Below, in pieces: positions 19,800-31,823 of a stretch of 64,000 nt of DNA. The position numbers were made by a program, and so were the translations under genes. Each line of letters opens with the position of its first letter. Position 1 is the first letter of the stretch. Origin of the DNA: Macrostomum hystrix (lineage: Eukaryota; Animalia; Platyhelminthes); assembly GCA_950097015.1 (NCBI GenBank), contig CATNEN010000009.1, positions 868,001 to 932,000 on the forward strand. Direction: 5' to 3'. The notes beneath the pieces were generated by a model, which was not told the DNA's origin, did not search any database, and saw nothing but the letters and a program-made list of their open reading frames with translations.

Positions 19800-22406
19800 A
19801 TGGAGAACAGCGCTACCGAAGCTGCCGCAGACGTTCTGCTTCACGCGTCGTCTGGTGAACTGCTGAACCGGAGTCTGGTCAATGCCAGCTTGGATTCCTC
19901 GGTTCTGTCCATTGTATCTGGCAGCAACTGCAGTCCTGGCGGAATCAACCCTAAGCGGGTAAGACAAGAGTCTGGGCAATTAGATCCCATTAACATACAT
20001 AAGTTTTATTGGCTCACCGTAGCTTAGGCCAGCTGGATGGGAATAAGATCCTGGGGTAGGGATTACCTTGGAACATGGAAGGATTTCCGGGTATTGAAGG
20101 GGATTTCAGCATTAAATGGTCCCGAGATAAAGATCCCGATATTGAATGAGTAATAATGTAATAATCAATGAGGATTAAAATCCAGAATATTTTTGTGGAT
20201 TAGGATTCCGATTAAGAAAACTAGACCTAAAACATCCCAGCTACGGATGGGACAAAGGTCAGCAAAATTAATGGGGATTAACATCCCGACTTTAACGGGA
20301 TTAAGAGCCCGACACGACACGCCCCGAACCGACCTACCGCCAACCGACAGCGCGAGAGCAAGTCACGCGCGGAGAAGAAGCGCCGAGACCGCATCAACGT
20401 CTGCTTTCAGCGGATGCACCAGCTGCTCCTGGAAGAAGAGTTCAAAGGTGGCGGCGGCGTGCCCCAGCCTGCAGAATCCCCTGGAGCTGAGATCCTTGAG
20501 AAGGCTGAGATTCTTGAGCAGGTCATCTGCTTCGTCGAGAAGCTTAAACGGGAACGGTGCGAAAGCATGCCAGCACCAACAGCTGCTGCTGCCGCCGCAG
20601 AGACTGCAGTCTCTTCCACGCCCGACAGATCTAGGCCTGCAGCTTCAGACGGTAGGCCAAAGTTGAAATCGATAGGAAATTTCTCTGAGCCACAATCACC
20701 GCTCCTTCACATCTCCGTCCTCCCACTTCCGTTCTCAAATCCCCTTTCACTAACTTCCCCTCCCACAGCTTCTCCGATCCCCTGAGTGCCCCTCCCACAG
20801 CCTCTCTAAATCCCCTGACTTCCCCTCCCACAGCCTCTCTAAATCCCCTGACTGCCCCTTCCACAGCCTCTCTAAATCCCCTGACTTCCCCTCCCACAGC
20901 CTCTCTAAATCCCCTGACTTCCCCTCCCACAGCCTCTCTAAATCCCTGACTGCCCCTCCCAGAGCCTCTCTAAATCCCTTGACTGCCCCTCCCACAGCCT
21001 CTCTAAATCCCCTGACTGCCCCTCCCAGAGCCTCTCTAAATCCCCTGACTTCCCCTCCCAGAGCCTCTCTAAATCCCCTGACTGCCCCTCCCACAGCCTC
21101 TCTAAATCCCCTGACTGCCCCTCCCAGAGCCTCTCTAAATCCCCTGACTTCCCCTCCCAGAGCCTCTCTAAATCCCCTGACTGCCCCTCCCACAGCCTCT
21201 CTAAATCCCCTGACTGCCCCTCCCAGAGCCTCTCTAAATCCCCTGACTTCCCCTCCCAGAGCCTCTCTAAATCCCCTGACTTCCCCTCCCACAGCCTCTC
21301 TAAATCCCCTGACTGCCCCTCCCAGAGCCTCTCTAAATCCCCTGACTGCCCCTCCCAGAGCCTCTCTAAATCCCCTGACTTCCCCTCCCACAGCCTCTCT
21401 AAATCCCCTGACTGCCCCTCCCACAGCCTCTCTAAATCCCCTGACTGCCCCTCCCAGAGCCTCTCTAAATCCCCTGACTTCCCCTCCCAGAGCCTCTCTA
21501 AATCCCCTGACTTCCCCTCCCACAGCCTCTCTAAATCCCCTGACTGCCCCTCCCAGAGCCTCTCTAAATCCCCTGACTGCCCCTCCCAGAGCCTCTCTAA
21601 ATCCCCTGACTTCCCCTCCCACAGCCTCTCTAAATCCTCTGACTGCCCCTACCACAGCCTCTTCCACCCACTCCCTGTCTTCCTCTAATTAAATCCCTGA
21701 CTGTCATTGTCACCTGCAGACAGTCTCATCAGAAGCTACATCTGCGGCTACAAGAAGGGTATTCAGAACATGCTTATCTTGATTGACCGGCTCTGCGGCG
21801 ACACCGAGCGACTGACGAAGGCCGAGCTCATCGACAAAATCAAAAGGTTCGGGCTTTTCCTAATACGAGCGCTCGTATCCGCATGTTTACTTCTCTACTG
21901 TCAGTAGAGCGAGCGGATCATAAGCAGAAAATTAAATATATATTATATTAATAAACAACCACAACAGGGGCTATCTGGACAACGCCGACTCAACGGCGAC
22001 GATTGGGCGCGAGAAGCTGCTGGCTGCCGCGGTGGCTGCGTCCGCGCAGCCGGCCAGCCGCCCGGCCCTCGGCGACCTGTCCAATCAGCGCGCTTCGGCA
22101 CCGCCCACCCCGAAGAAATCGGCAGCCACAGCGACGTCGAGCGCCGTGAATGCCGCCACGGCGACAGCCGCCGCCGCCCTGATAAAGCTGTCGACGTCGC
22201 CGAATCCACCGAAGCAGCAGCAGCAGCCGGCGCCGTCGCCCCAGAAGCCGCTGCAGCCGCCGGCCAAGAAGCGGCGAGCCTTCCGGGAGCTGCCGGCGAC
22301 CCCGGAGCTGCCGCGGTACGAGCCGATCTCGCCGGGCCCCTACGAGTCGATGATCGGAGTCGGAGACGATCAGTGCCACAGCGACGGGCTCTGGCGGCCT
22401 TGGTAG
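19800..22406 (+). CDS. HES: Hairy/E(spl)-type bHLH-Orange-WRPW repressor, ~341 aa; exons 19800-19958, 20351-20651, 21720-21846, 21968-22406
   Basis: Phase-consistent splicing; bHLH RESKSRAEKKRRDRIN...LEKAEILEQVICFV; Orange-like YICGYKKGIQNMLILI; terminal WRPW-stop. Confidence 0.88.
20745..21665 (+). repeat. 33-bp minisatellite CCTCTCTAAATCCCCTGACTGCCCCTCCCACAG in HES intron 2
   Basis: About 27 copies; explains ORFs 20750..21667 and 20979..21692. Confidence 0.95.
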
Positions 22407-22424
22407 CTCCGCTGATGAAGATGA

Positions 22425-22790
22425 TTTGACTAATTAGGATAATAGGATAATTTGACTGACTATGATAATGGGATAATTTGACTGACTAGGATAACGGGAT
22501 AATTTGACTGACTATGATTATTGGATAATTTGACTGACTATGATTATTGGATAATTTGACTGACTAGGATAATGGGATAATTTGACTGACTAGGATAATG
22601 GGATAATTTGACTGGCTAGGATAATGGGATAATTTGACTGACTAGGCTAATGGGATAATTTGACTGGCTAGGATAATCGGATAATTTGACTGACTAGGCT
22701 AATGGGATAATTTGACTGGCTAGGATAATCGGATAATTTGACTGACTAGGATAATGGGATAATTTGACTGACTAGGATAATGATGATAAT
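22425..22790 (+). repeat. 26-bp minisatellite TGACTGACTAGGATAATGGGATAATT downstream of HES
   Basis: Direct read. Confidence 0.9.
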
Positions 22791-23928
22791 TCGTGTAATT
22801 ATACTATTGAGGATAATGAGAATATTAGGACAATTTAATTGATGCGGATAATGAGGATAATTTGAGTACTGAGAGAATTCGAGAGTGATTTTTTAATGAT
22901 TAAGTAACCAATAATTATTCAACAACTGAGGCGTAATCAACTAAGGAGGATAAGTCCATTAACTAGGATAAATCGTGGGATAAATCTGTCGAACGTGACA
23001 AAGAAATGTGTACACAAGTTAAAAGGGATAATTCGCTGGATCGGGAGAATTTCACAAATGAGGATAACTCAGTCTCAATGGATCATTGAAAGTGAACTAT
23101 TCTATAGGCCAAGGCCACTGTTCAGAGCCTTTTGCAGTGCTGCAGCTGATTGCATGTCGAATGCGGCCGCTAATTCTCCACTTGACTTGAGAAAGCCTTG
23201 CCCCAGAGACCACAACTGTCGCTTGTCACTTTTCAACCGCACCTGCTGAGACTGCACCTTTCTGAACTGTTTCGGATTCTGTAAATAGGTTCCTGTAACT
23301 TTTTTCCTATTATTTTCCCAAGTTCTCCCCCGCTGTACACAAGGCGAGAGTCATTATTTTACTTTTTCTATCCCTGTGCTAAACTGACTACTGACAGCAG
23401 TCTCATGTACATAACTCTCTTATTTATTGATTTATCGCATCTGCTGTAAAACTGCACTAGCTTGAGACTATACTACAATGATCATCAGAAGTGCCACAAT
23501 AAACTTGACTGACCCAAGCAAAGCAAACGCCTTGGTGGTTGGCATGGCAACCAGTTAAATGGTATACACAACAGTGTTGGCCAATGTTTTCTTTATTGTT
23601 CAAATTCTTCAGGATCAACGGGAGAATCGGGAATGATGAAAAGTGAAAGTGCATAACTATACAAAAATAGTACTGATTTAGTTCATCCTGCCAAGGAACA
23701 ATTTTCTATCATGCACAGGTTTTCACTATCGTATTATCACATCGAAAGTACGTACGAGTGCTTATGAGCTATAAGTAGTCAGAAAATAGTTTGATCCCGG
23801 ATGCTCGAAGTCAACATCCTTCGCCAGCTCGCATTAGCCATCAAAGATGTCCACAAATTAAAGGCCTCAGAAAGTGTCACAGAGCTCTTCAAGCCTAAAG
23901 CCGAACCAGACAATGGTTTTAGTCAGCC

Positions 23929-26900
23929 TCAGCTCCAGGCAGCCGCCACTTCTTCGTCAGCCGGTCGAGCAGTGCTGTGAGGGCCTCCTGGGACCGCGGG
24001 CTGCAGTCTCCGATGGACAGACGCTCGATTGACGACATCGTCGATTTCGTGGAGCTGGAGTTCGCCGGAATCCGGCACTGGGCACTCTAGCATGCAGAAA
24101 TCCGGCAGAATAAGAAACGGATGGAAGTCGAACCTTACGGAGTTGCTGAGTGGCTCGAGGGTGCTGCGGAATCGCAGCAGCAGTTGCGGCAGATCATCGA
24201 TCACCTTTTTCAGAGCATGCGAGGCTGCCACGAACAGCTCCTTAATTCCACCGGACTTTCGCTGCTCACCCTTCAGGTACAGGGCTGCATCGCACAGAAA
24301 GAAATGGTCCATGACGGAGTCTCTTCCAACATGCGGAATGTGATGGTCTTGGCGTGATAGGACTTGAAGCCCTGCACATTGAGGCCGTCCTTGTTTGAGA
24401 TGACCTTCTTCTTCACGAGGTACTTTAGTGTGATAACCAGCTGGCCCGGAAGTGTGCTCAGACTTTGCAGCATCCGCCTCTCCAGGAAGGTGGTGCTCAA
24501 TCGAAGCTGCCTGCCGTCCTGACCGGGAGAAGCTGCGTGCACCGCGTGACACGGCTGCCAGCTCTTGGCGCAGCAACTACAGCAGGCGGTCAGGCATGTT
24601 GGACGTAGCCAGCCCGTCTGGCTGCAGCGGAGCGATGGCGCTGCCGGCTTCAGGGCGCTGCCGCGAAACGGTGTCGCCGGACTAGAGGCTGGAACCGGTA
24701 GGGGGAGTCGATTTTGTCAATTAACAGAAGAAAGACCGCGAAATTTTCCCCCAAGGGAAAGACCACGGGGTATTTCAAATACCCGCTGCCCACTTCACGA
24801 CAACTTCCTAACCACGTGGTGAAAATTCACCATTTGGATCACAATTGTCCGCCCTTTTTAATTATAAAAACCGTCAGAGTCAGCATGGCTGGGATATTCA
24901 GCAATTCTTGTCCAAGACCCTGGTGACAAGGACAGCTGACATTGCTCCGAATTGTTCTAAAAATAATAGCCAATACATGATGAAATTTTATGAGCAGAAA
25001 AATAATCTCTAAGTTTGCCACCAGACACCACGCCTAGAATCGTTGAATATCTCGACGATGCCAATGTTTTGTGATTCTGAAAGTTGTTTCATCGGATAGA
25101 GCGGAAAAATTTCATGGCGATTGGTTGAATATCTCTGGAGATTACAGGAATCAGAATGTGGGCATTTGATGTGGGCAATATAGCCCTGGTCTTTCTACTG
25201 TTAAGGCTGCAGATGTAGAAGGGGCACTTAATTTGCTACTCACCAAATCCTGGAATTGTGCGTGGCCATGGCTGTACTCCTTGAGCTCCGCCTCAACACT
25301 GCACTCGGAATCGCAGACGCCTTTGAGATGGTACAGTCTCCCCGGAATGAGACTCATGATGTCTATATCGGACTCAGAATCTGTCTTGCCGTCCACTGCC
25401 TTCAGGTTGTTACCCCAGCCTTCTGAAACGCTTCCAACGACAAAGGCTTCGCTGGTCTGTGTGCTCACCAGGATGGCCCGCAGGACATCAGCGACTGCGC
25501 TCCGAAGGGCGGTTCTGGAATCCACGAATCCCGATCTATTGAGCGCCCAGTGGAGCAGCTGACTGAGCTGTGGTTCACTAAGACCTTTACTGAAATGAAT
25601 GACAATGATCCAGTGTTGAAATCAAATGCAAGAGGCTGTGGAGAGCGGTGGTTCGAACTTTTTAATAACACGAGTGATAATAATAATTGGTGACATTAGA
25701 CCCGCAGCCAGCGAGGTGGCCATTCTGCCCATTCCGCTGACTCCTAAGCACACGTACACACACTGTACGCACACACACGCTCACACAGGTGTGTACATTG
25801 CCCCTGACTTTCTCATCGTCAGTGTACACTCTCACACACAGTGCCTTGGAGGTTGACCCTCAAGGGTGTAAATTGCACGACAAGCCCCCAAGCATTGTTT
25901 CCGCAGCTGCGCCTTAAATGAATGTGATGTTGATGGCCGGTGCTCCGTCCTTCTGCCGCAGGTTCAGTTCCGCTTTGGCTTTGATAAGTGAAAGCGCAGC
26001 CTTCCCATGTCCTTGCTGCGTTGCTATATAGAGGGGCGAGCAACCGTCGATTTGTTGAGCATTGACGTCGGCTCCCGCTTTGATGAGCATGTTTACAATG
26101 TGATGGTGACCTTGTTGCGACGCCACGTAAATTGGTGAGCGACCTTCAACTTCTTGAACATCAGCCCCTGCACTTATCAGCAAGCTGGCGATCTGTTCGT
26201 GACCATTCTGGCAAGTGATGTAGTGAGCTGAGGCTGTCATAGCATTGTTGATTAACAACAGCCTGAGCCTTGATAAGTAAATTGACAATTTTTATGGCCA
26301 CTTGCCGATGCGATGAACAGAAGGCGAGAGTCCATGGACATTTTGTTGATTGATGCTGGCTAGAGCTTAAATGAGCAGGCTCACAACTCGATGATGACCG
26401 TGGCGTTCTGTGAGGCAACATAGATGGCCGGGTCTCCATTCGTACTGGGAGCATCAACATTAGCGAGTTCCTAGATCAGCAACTCGGCGATTTGCCAGTG
26501 TCCGTGCTGACAAGATATGTACAGTGGTGACAGAGAGCCGCGCTTTACAAGTTTGACGTCGGTCTGCGATTTAATGAGCAGTTCAACAACTGAAGTGGGC
26601 CCGTTTTCGCAAGCCGTGTAGAGAGGCGACACTTAATTCTGTTTGGGAAGATTCGGGTCAGCTCGGGCTCTGATGAGCAAGCGTGCAACTGCTGGATGAC
26701 CATTTTGAGAGGCTATGTATAGGGCTGTAGCGAGCAAAAGGCGACATGACGTCCCGCCTGAGAGGCGATGAGCAGAGTTGACGAGTCATCCTTGTCTCGA
26801 AGATTTACATAGGCGTGCGACTCGATTAGCAGCTCCAGCGTTGGCTGATGGCCCGCATCGGCGGCAGCATGAAGGGCTGAGTGGCCGTGCTTTTCTTGCA

Positions 26901-27754
26901 GGCTGACGTCAGTCCGGAAGTCTGTCAGGAGGAGCTGCACTATCCTATGGTGACCACTTGGCACGGCAGTGATCAGTGATGAAACGCCGTTTTTCGTTTG
27001 AATATTGACCCATGGCATCTGCATTCAAAAGTGCTTCCACCACACTTTTGAGTGTGGTGGAAACAACCTGGGTGTGACCGTTCTCAGCGGCAATGTACAG
27101 AGGTGTCATGCCCTCCACCTCCTTGAGGCTCACATCGGCCTGAGCTCTGATAAGTAAATGCACAACATGACGATGACAATTTTCGCAAGCAACATGCAGA
27201 GAAGAACGCAGGTAACAATCGCTTGGATCGGCATCAGCGCGGGCTCTGATAAGCAACTGAACGACCTGAAAGCTGCCTTTCTGAGCTGCAAAGGCCAGTG
27301 GCGAAATCCTGCTGAGTGGCCGAAGGTTTGAGTCGGCTTGCGCTTTCAGTAGAATCTCAGTTGCTCTGGGCTGCCACGTACAGTGGCGTGCAACCTTTCA
27401 CTTCCTTCAGGCTCACATCTGCCTGAGCCTTGACGAGGACATCGATGACCTTGCAGTGACCCTGCTGCGAAGCGATATGAAGGGGCTGAGCGCCGTCCTT
27501 TCTCGGTGTGTTCAATCTGATGAGGGACTCAATCACTTGCTGATGTCCATAGAAGGAGGCCATGAACAGTGGCGAGTACCCAGCCTTGTCTTGGAGATTG
27601 ACATCCGCCTGTGCTTCGAGCAGCGAGTCCACCACCTGGCGATGACCCCGCTAAGCAGCTAGGTGAAGCGGCGAACGTCCGTTAGCTTCCTGCAGATCGA
27701 TCTTCGCCCGTGCTTTGATGAGCGAATGTGCAGCGGCGACATTCCGTTGCTCAT
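23929..27754 (-). pseudogene. Decayed ankyrin-repeat + Mab-21/cGAS-like nucleotidyltransferase (cGLR) gene
   Basis: Ankyrin repeats over 25900-27754 (GRSPLHLAA*RGH, GYSPLFMASFYGH, GMTPLYIAAENGH, GRSPIYVASQQGH) with an in-frame stop (~27652), deletions and frameshifts. NTase exon ~25151-25590: LLHWALNRSGF..VVGSVSEGWG..DSESDIDIM. Mab-21 C-lobe 24273-24600: HAASPG..LRLSTTFLE..LKYL..FKSYHAKTITFRMLEETP, frameshifted; HFFL in the next frame. A SINE B insertion sits at ~25680-25925. Confidence 0.8.
25676..25925 (-). mobile_element. SINE family B copy inside the ANK-cGLR locus
   Basis: (ATT)n tail; CCCTGACTTTCTCATCGTCAG hairpin; GTGCCTTGGAGGTTGACCCTCAAGGG shared with 4571-4805. Confidence 0.8.
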
Positions 27755-28034
27755 CTGCGAATCAGTAGAATCTGTGCTTATCCCCAAGTTCAAACTCAAG
27801 GATCGAAATTTACGCTGCCGAGATTAAATAAAATCTTATGAGAACGCTTTATAGTACCTCCCCTAGGAAACTATTTTATACAAGTTTTTCTTATGAGCTA
27901 CGAGTTACCGATCTGCCACTCGCCCCCTGCAAACGCTCGCATCCACACTCGTTTGAGCAGCACGCTGAGCATATTCTGAGGACATCTCACGCTGCTTCAC
28001 TTGAGGCAATCAAATTCTGGCTCGAATTGACCTG

Positions 28035-28450
28035 CAAGCACCTGTGAGTCTGTTTGCAAGCATCTGTGAGTCTGTTTGCAAGCATCTGTGAGTCTGTTTG
28101 CAAGCATCTGTGAGTCTGTTTGCAAGCACCTGTGAGTCTGTTTGCAAGCACCTGTGAGTCTGTTTGCAAGCACCTGTGAGTCTGTTTGCAAGCATCTGTG
28201 AGTCTGTTTGCAAGCATCTGTGAGTCTGTTTGCAAGCATCTGTGAGTCTGTTTGCAAGCATCTGTGAGTCTGTTTGCAAGCATCTGTGAGTCTGTTTGCA
28301 AGCATCTGTGAGTCTGTTTGCAAGCATCTGTGAGTCTGTTTGCAAGCATCTGTGAGTCTGTTTGCAAGCATCTGTGAGTCTGTTTGCAAGCATCTGTGAG
28401 TCTGTTTGCAAGCACCTGTGAGTCTGTTTGCAAGCATCTGTGAGTCTGTT
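28035..28450. repeat. 22-bp minisatellite TCTGTGAGTCTGTTTGCAAGCA
   Basis: About 18 copies; explains three overlapping minus-strand ORFs. Confidence 0.95.
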
Positions 28451-30189
28451 TATTTCCAGCGCCGACAAAGAAAGCTCATTCCAAACTGGCGATGGCCTTT
28501 TGAATCAGTGAATCAGTGAAAATCGGTGAATTTCCCAGCGGGGTTCTGCCGCATCCGGCCTTATTGAAATCCTCAAAGCACATTCATTGTCCCATAAAGT
28601 CACCTCAGCAAATACGGGCTGCAGAGCAGTTCCAGGTAAAATTGGCGCAAGACTGACAGGTCATCCAGCTGCGCCTTTGAAAGCGCCAGGACTTGTAGCA
28701 ACTTTTCTGCCAGCCTTCTTGATCATCTAAAATTCTGATCTTCTTAAACGTACGCGAGCGCATACTGAAAACTTCATGAGCAGAGAATGTTTCCTCCAAT
28801 ATAAAAATTCATAATTGCAGCTTGTTTTAGGGGTAAGCTGTCGTCACGCATTCAGCAAGCCGCTGAGAGGAAGCACCTCACTTGCTTACAATGTCCCCTT
28901 GGGCCCTTGAGCTACCGGGGCAGGCCATGGGTTAACACTCAGGGGCACAATTATCTCACCATTTCCCTACAACTGACCAAGAATTACGAGTAACTGCTGC
29001 CTTCCGCTTTGATTGAGAAGTGAAAGGATTTTCTGATCAGCCCTGATAAAGAGCAGCTGATGGTGAATGGCAGTGCTCAATTCAGCAAGCACTTAATACA
29101 GTTATAGCGTGACAAGAACTACTGGAATTCTGGATATACTAGAAATTCTGAAATCACGTGATCTCCACAGAAAGATCTTCTAAAAATAGAAACAAAGCAA
29201 TTCATCCCTCCTTAGCCAATCAGAACTTCAAGGCCGAACTAACACCAACTTTGAGCGAGGTGCGCTTCTTAAACAGTACTTGGTAGCCCCAGTAGGTAAG
29301 TTCGTACAAAAACTCAAATTAAAGTCCTGAGACCAAACGAACTCAGAAGGACATGAGCAGTGAAGGTGCTGCAGATCTTGTGGCTTCTGACCACGGGAAA
29401 TTCAGTTACGAACAGCGCTGATTAAATAAATTCTCTTTGTACCCTCGTGGAGAAGCTTTGAAGGTTGCTGAGAGTTGCAGCTGGCACGAAAACTGAGAAC
29501 AAATTATCGACCCAAATCAGCATCTTGTAGACAATATCGACGCCTCATCTGAACCTCAGTCGGTCTTAATTTGGGCCACTGAATGCAGGAATAGCCGAAG
29601 GAATTAAGTTGCGAAGCGAGCAACCACCTGACCTAATTCGGCCTGGGACATTGTGAAGTTTGGCATTTCTCATTTGAATAGTCGTATACGAAGATGCCTA
29701 AAATAAGATTGAATTTGTAATGCTTCACCTTTGGCATGTTCAAAGCTACAAAAATGCAAAGAAACAACGGCAAGCCATTGAATAATTTCCTAGGGAAATA
29801 AATAATAATACTCGAACAACAAGTTCTGATTGACAGCTGCAACCTAAGCCCCGATTATTGAACGTTCAACTTATTTTGACGATAATACTGGACGTCAAAT
29901 GGCAGGTAACGAGTTGCGTCAGTCAGTAAAAGTGCAGCCGCGGCCAGTGTCACCTGACGCGGTGCAAAATTAATGCGTTCCGTGACGCAAATTCCACAGT
30001 CTTAATTCGCAATGTCATTAAAATCTGATTCAGCTAGCAACTCCTGGGGGATTGTCTGGGGCATCGGAACTCTTGGGAGTTTTATTTAACCTGTGATACA
30101 AATTATTTTCTATTCTCAGATCTCCCATCCTCTCAGATCTCCCATCCTCTCGGATCTACCATCCTCTCAGATGCCCATCCTCTCCCTGA

Positions 30190-30196
30190 CCAGGTG

Positions 30197-30239
<43 letters not shown>

Positions 30240-30343
30240 TGGCAGCAACAGCAGCAGCAGCATCAGCAGCAGTGGCAGCAACAGCAGCAGCAGTGGCAGC
30301 AACAGCAGCAGCAGCAGCAGCAGCAGTGGCAGCAACAGCAGCA

Positions 30344-30379
<36 letters not shown>

Positions 30380-30586
30380 GGACCACGGTGACCGCGATAA
30401 GACCAGGCCGGACACCACGGTACGTGAGGGCCATCACCCCCACGTGGCAAGCGACCCCCTCCCCGCGGGGCCCCCGGACGACGGACAACTGGACAGCCCG
30501 TCGACGAAGTGTCGCAACCAACCAGAATCCGACCCTATCGGCATAGCCGGATCGGCCGCGTCTGGAAGAAGAAGAAGAAGAAGAAG

Positions 30587-30620
<34 letters not shown>

Positions 30621-30672
30621 GGCAGCAGCAGCAGCAGCAGCAGTGGCAGCAACAGCAGCAGCAGCAGTGGCA
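30190..30672. repeat. Two related interrupted (CAG)n blocks (30190-30372 and 30588-30672), the second preceded by (GAA)n
   Basis: Direct read; both blocks share the CAGTGGCAGCAACAG interruption. Confidence 0.9.
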
Positions 30673-31823
30673 CTAAAAGCTTACAGTTTGAAGTTGTCGC
30701 CTGCAAGCAAACAGCATTGTCGCCATTGAGATCTGCTGATGTCTGAAAGCAGAGAGTCCACCCATTTGCTGCGGTCCGTCAATTTAAAAAACTAACTTGT
30801 TGCAGGAAATCGTGAGGCCTGGCCGCGGCATTAGCGACCCCTGAAGCTCTCTCGCCTGTCTCTGGCACCGGCGATGGATGAAGCGAAGTGATTGACACTG
30901 AGGCAATGGGCGCTAATGCGGCCCTCCGGCTCTGAGTGGCTGCCCTCCGGCCGATGATGGAGCGGCCCGCGGTCGCGTTGCAAAAACACTCGCCGCGGGA
31001 CTGTTTGCCGAGGGCAAACACCGACGCCACCGCCGCCGGCGCCACCGGGCCCGCTAAGCCAGCATTTCTCATGCCACGGTCATTGTGTTATTGCCGTTAC
31101 CTTCTCAGCCGAGAAGATGTCTTAGCGAATCGCTAACCCTAGCCAGGCTCTACTGGACAGGTCGAGGTCTGAGCCGTGTTTGTCCACCATCTGCCCCCCC
31201 AACCGAAATGATTGCTTCTGGGCTTTTTATAAAACACATTGCCACAATGAGAATAGTGACAGATTATGACGAGCACATCCTGATGGGATAATTGCTTTCT
31301 GGCAATTAGCGACGCCAAGGAGCAGCAGACAGGTTGGCTTTCTTGTTTTTGACCGACAATGCTGGCGAAATTTCCTCCAAAGCCCAGACGCACCGATGGG
31401 ATTTTGTTCCCCTGTCAATCAAAATTCGCCCCCGCTCCGGTCCTGAGCAGCTCCGCTTTCCGCTCTCCCGTCTCGGCTTTCCAGCAGCGCCGTCTAATTC
31501 CTACAAGAGCTAGTAAGCTGCGAGTCCTGCTGATTGAGCCCATAGGAAAACAATAAGGATTCCAGGAAACCGGCCTGAGTACCCTGCTCAATTTGAACAG
31601 GCCGCAGCAGAAGCTGCAGAAAATCTGTGATAAATTTGCCGACTGCTCAACGGAGCCATTGAGACGAACTCTGCCACGGCCTGCACTGTTTATTTTGAAT
31701 TCAAAATCGCCAGCTTCTTCCACGGGTCTTTGGATGCCTGCATGGCGTAATGGGAATCATACAGACAATGAGAGTTCACTGAAAGATGAGTCTGCCATCA
31801 GTTCCTGGTACCTCTGCTCTCCT

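Noticed and set aside
20750-21692. ORFs of 305 aa and 237 aa
   Set aside because: Products of the 33-bp intronic repeat.
27987-28468. Three overlapping ~150-aa ORFs
   Set aside because: Products of the 22-bp repeat, which is stop-free on the minus strand.
28600-28730. Minus-strand helical segment (RRLAEKLLQVLALSKAQLDDLSVLRQFYLELLCSPYLL) upstream of the ANK-cGLR locus, possibly a death-fold exon
   Set aside because: No recognisable motif and no supportable splice path; needs an HMM search.
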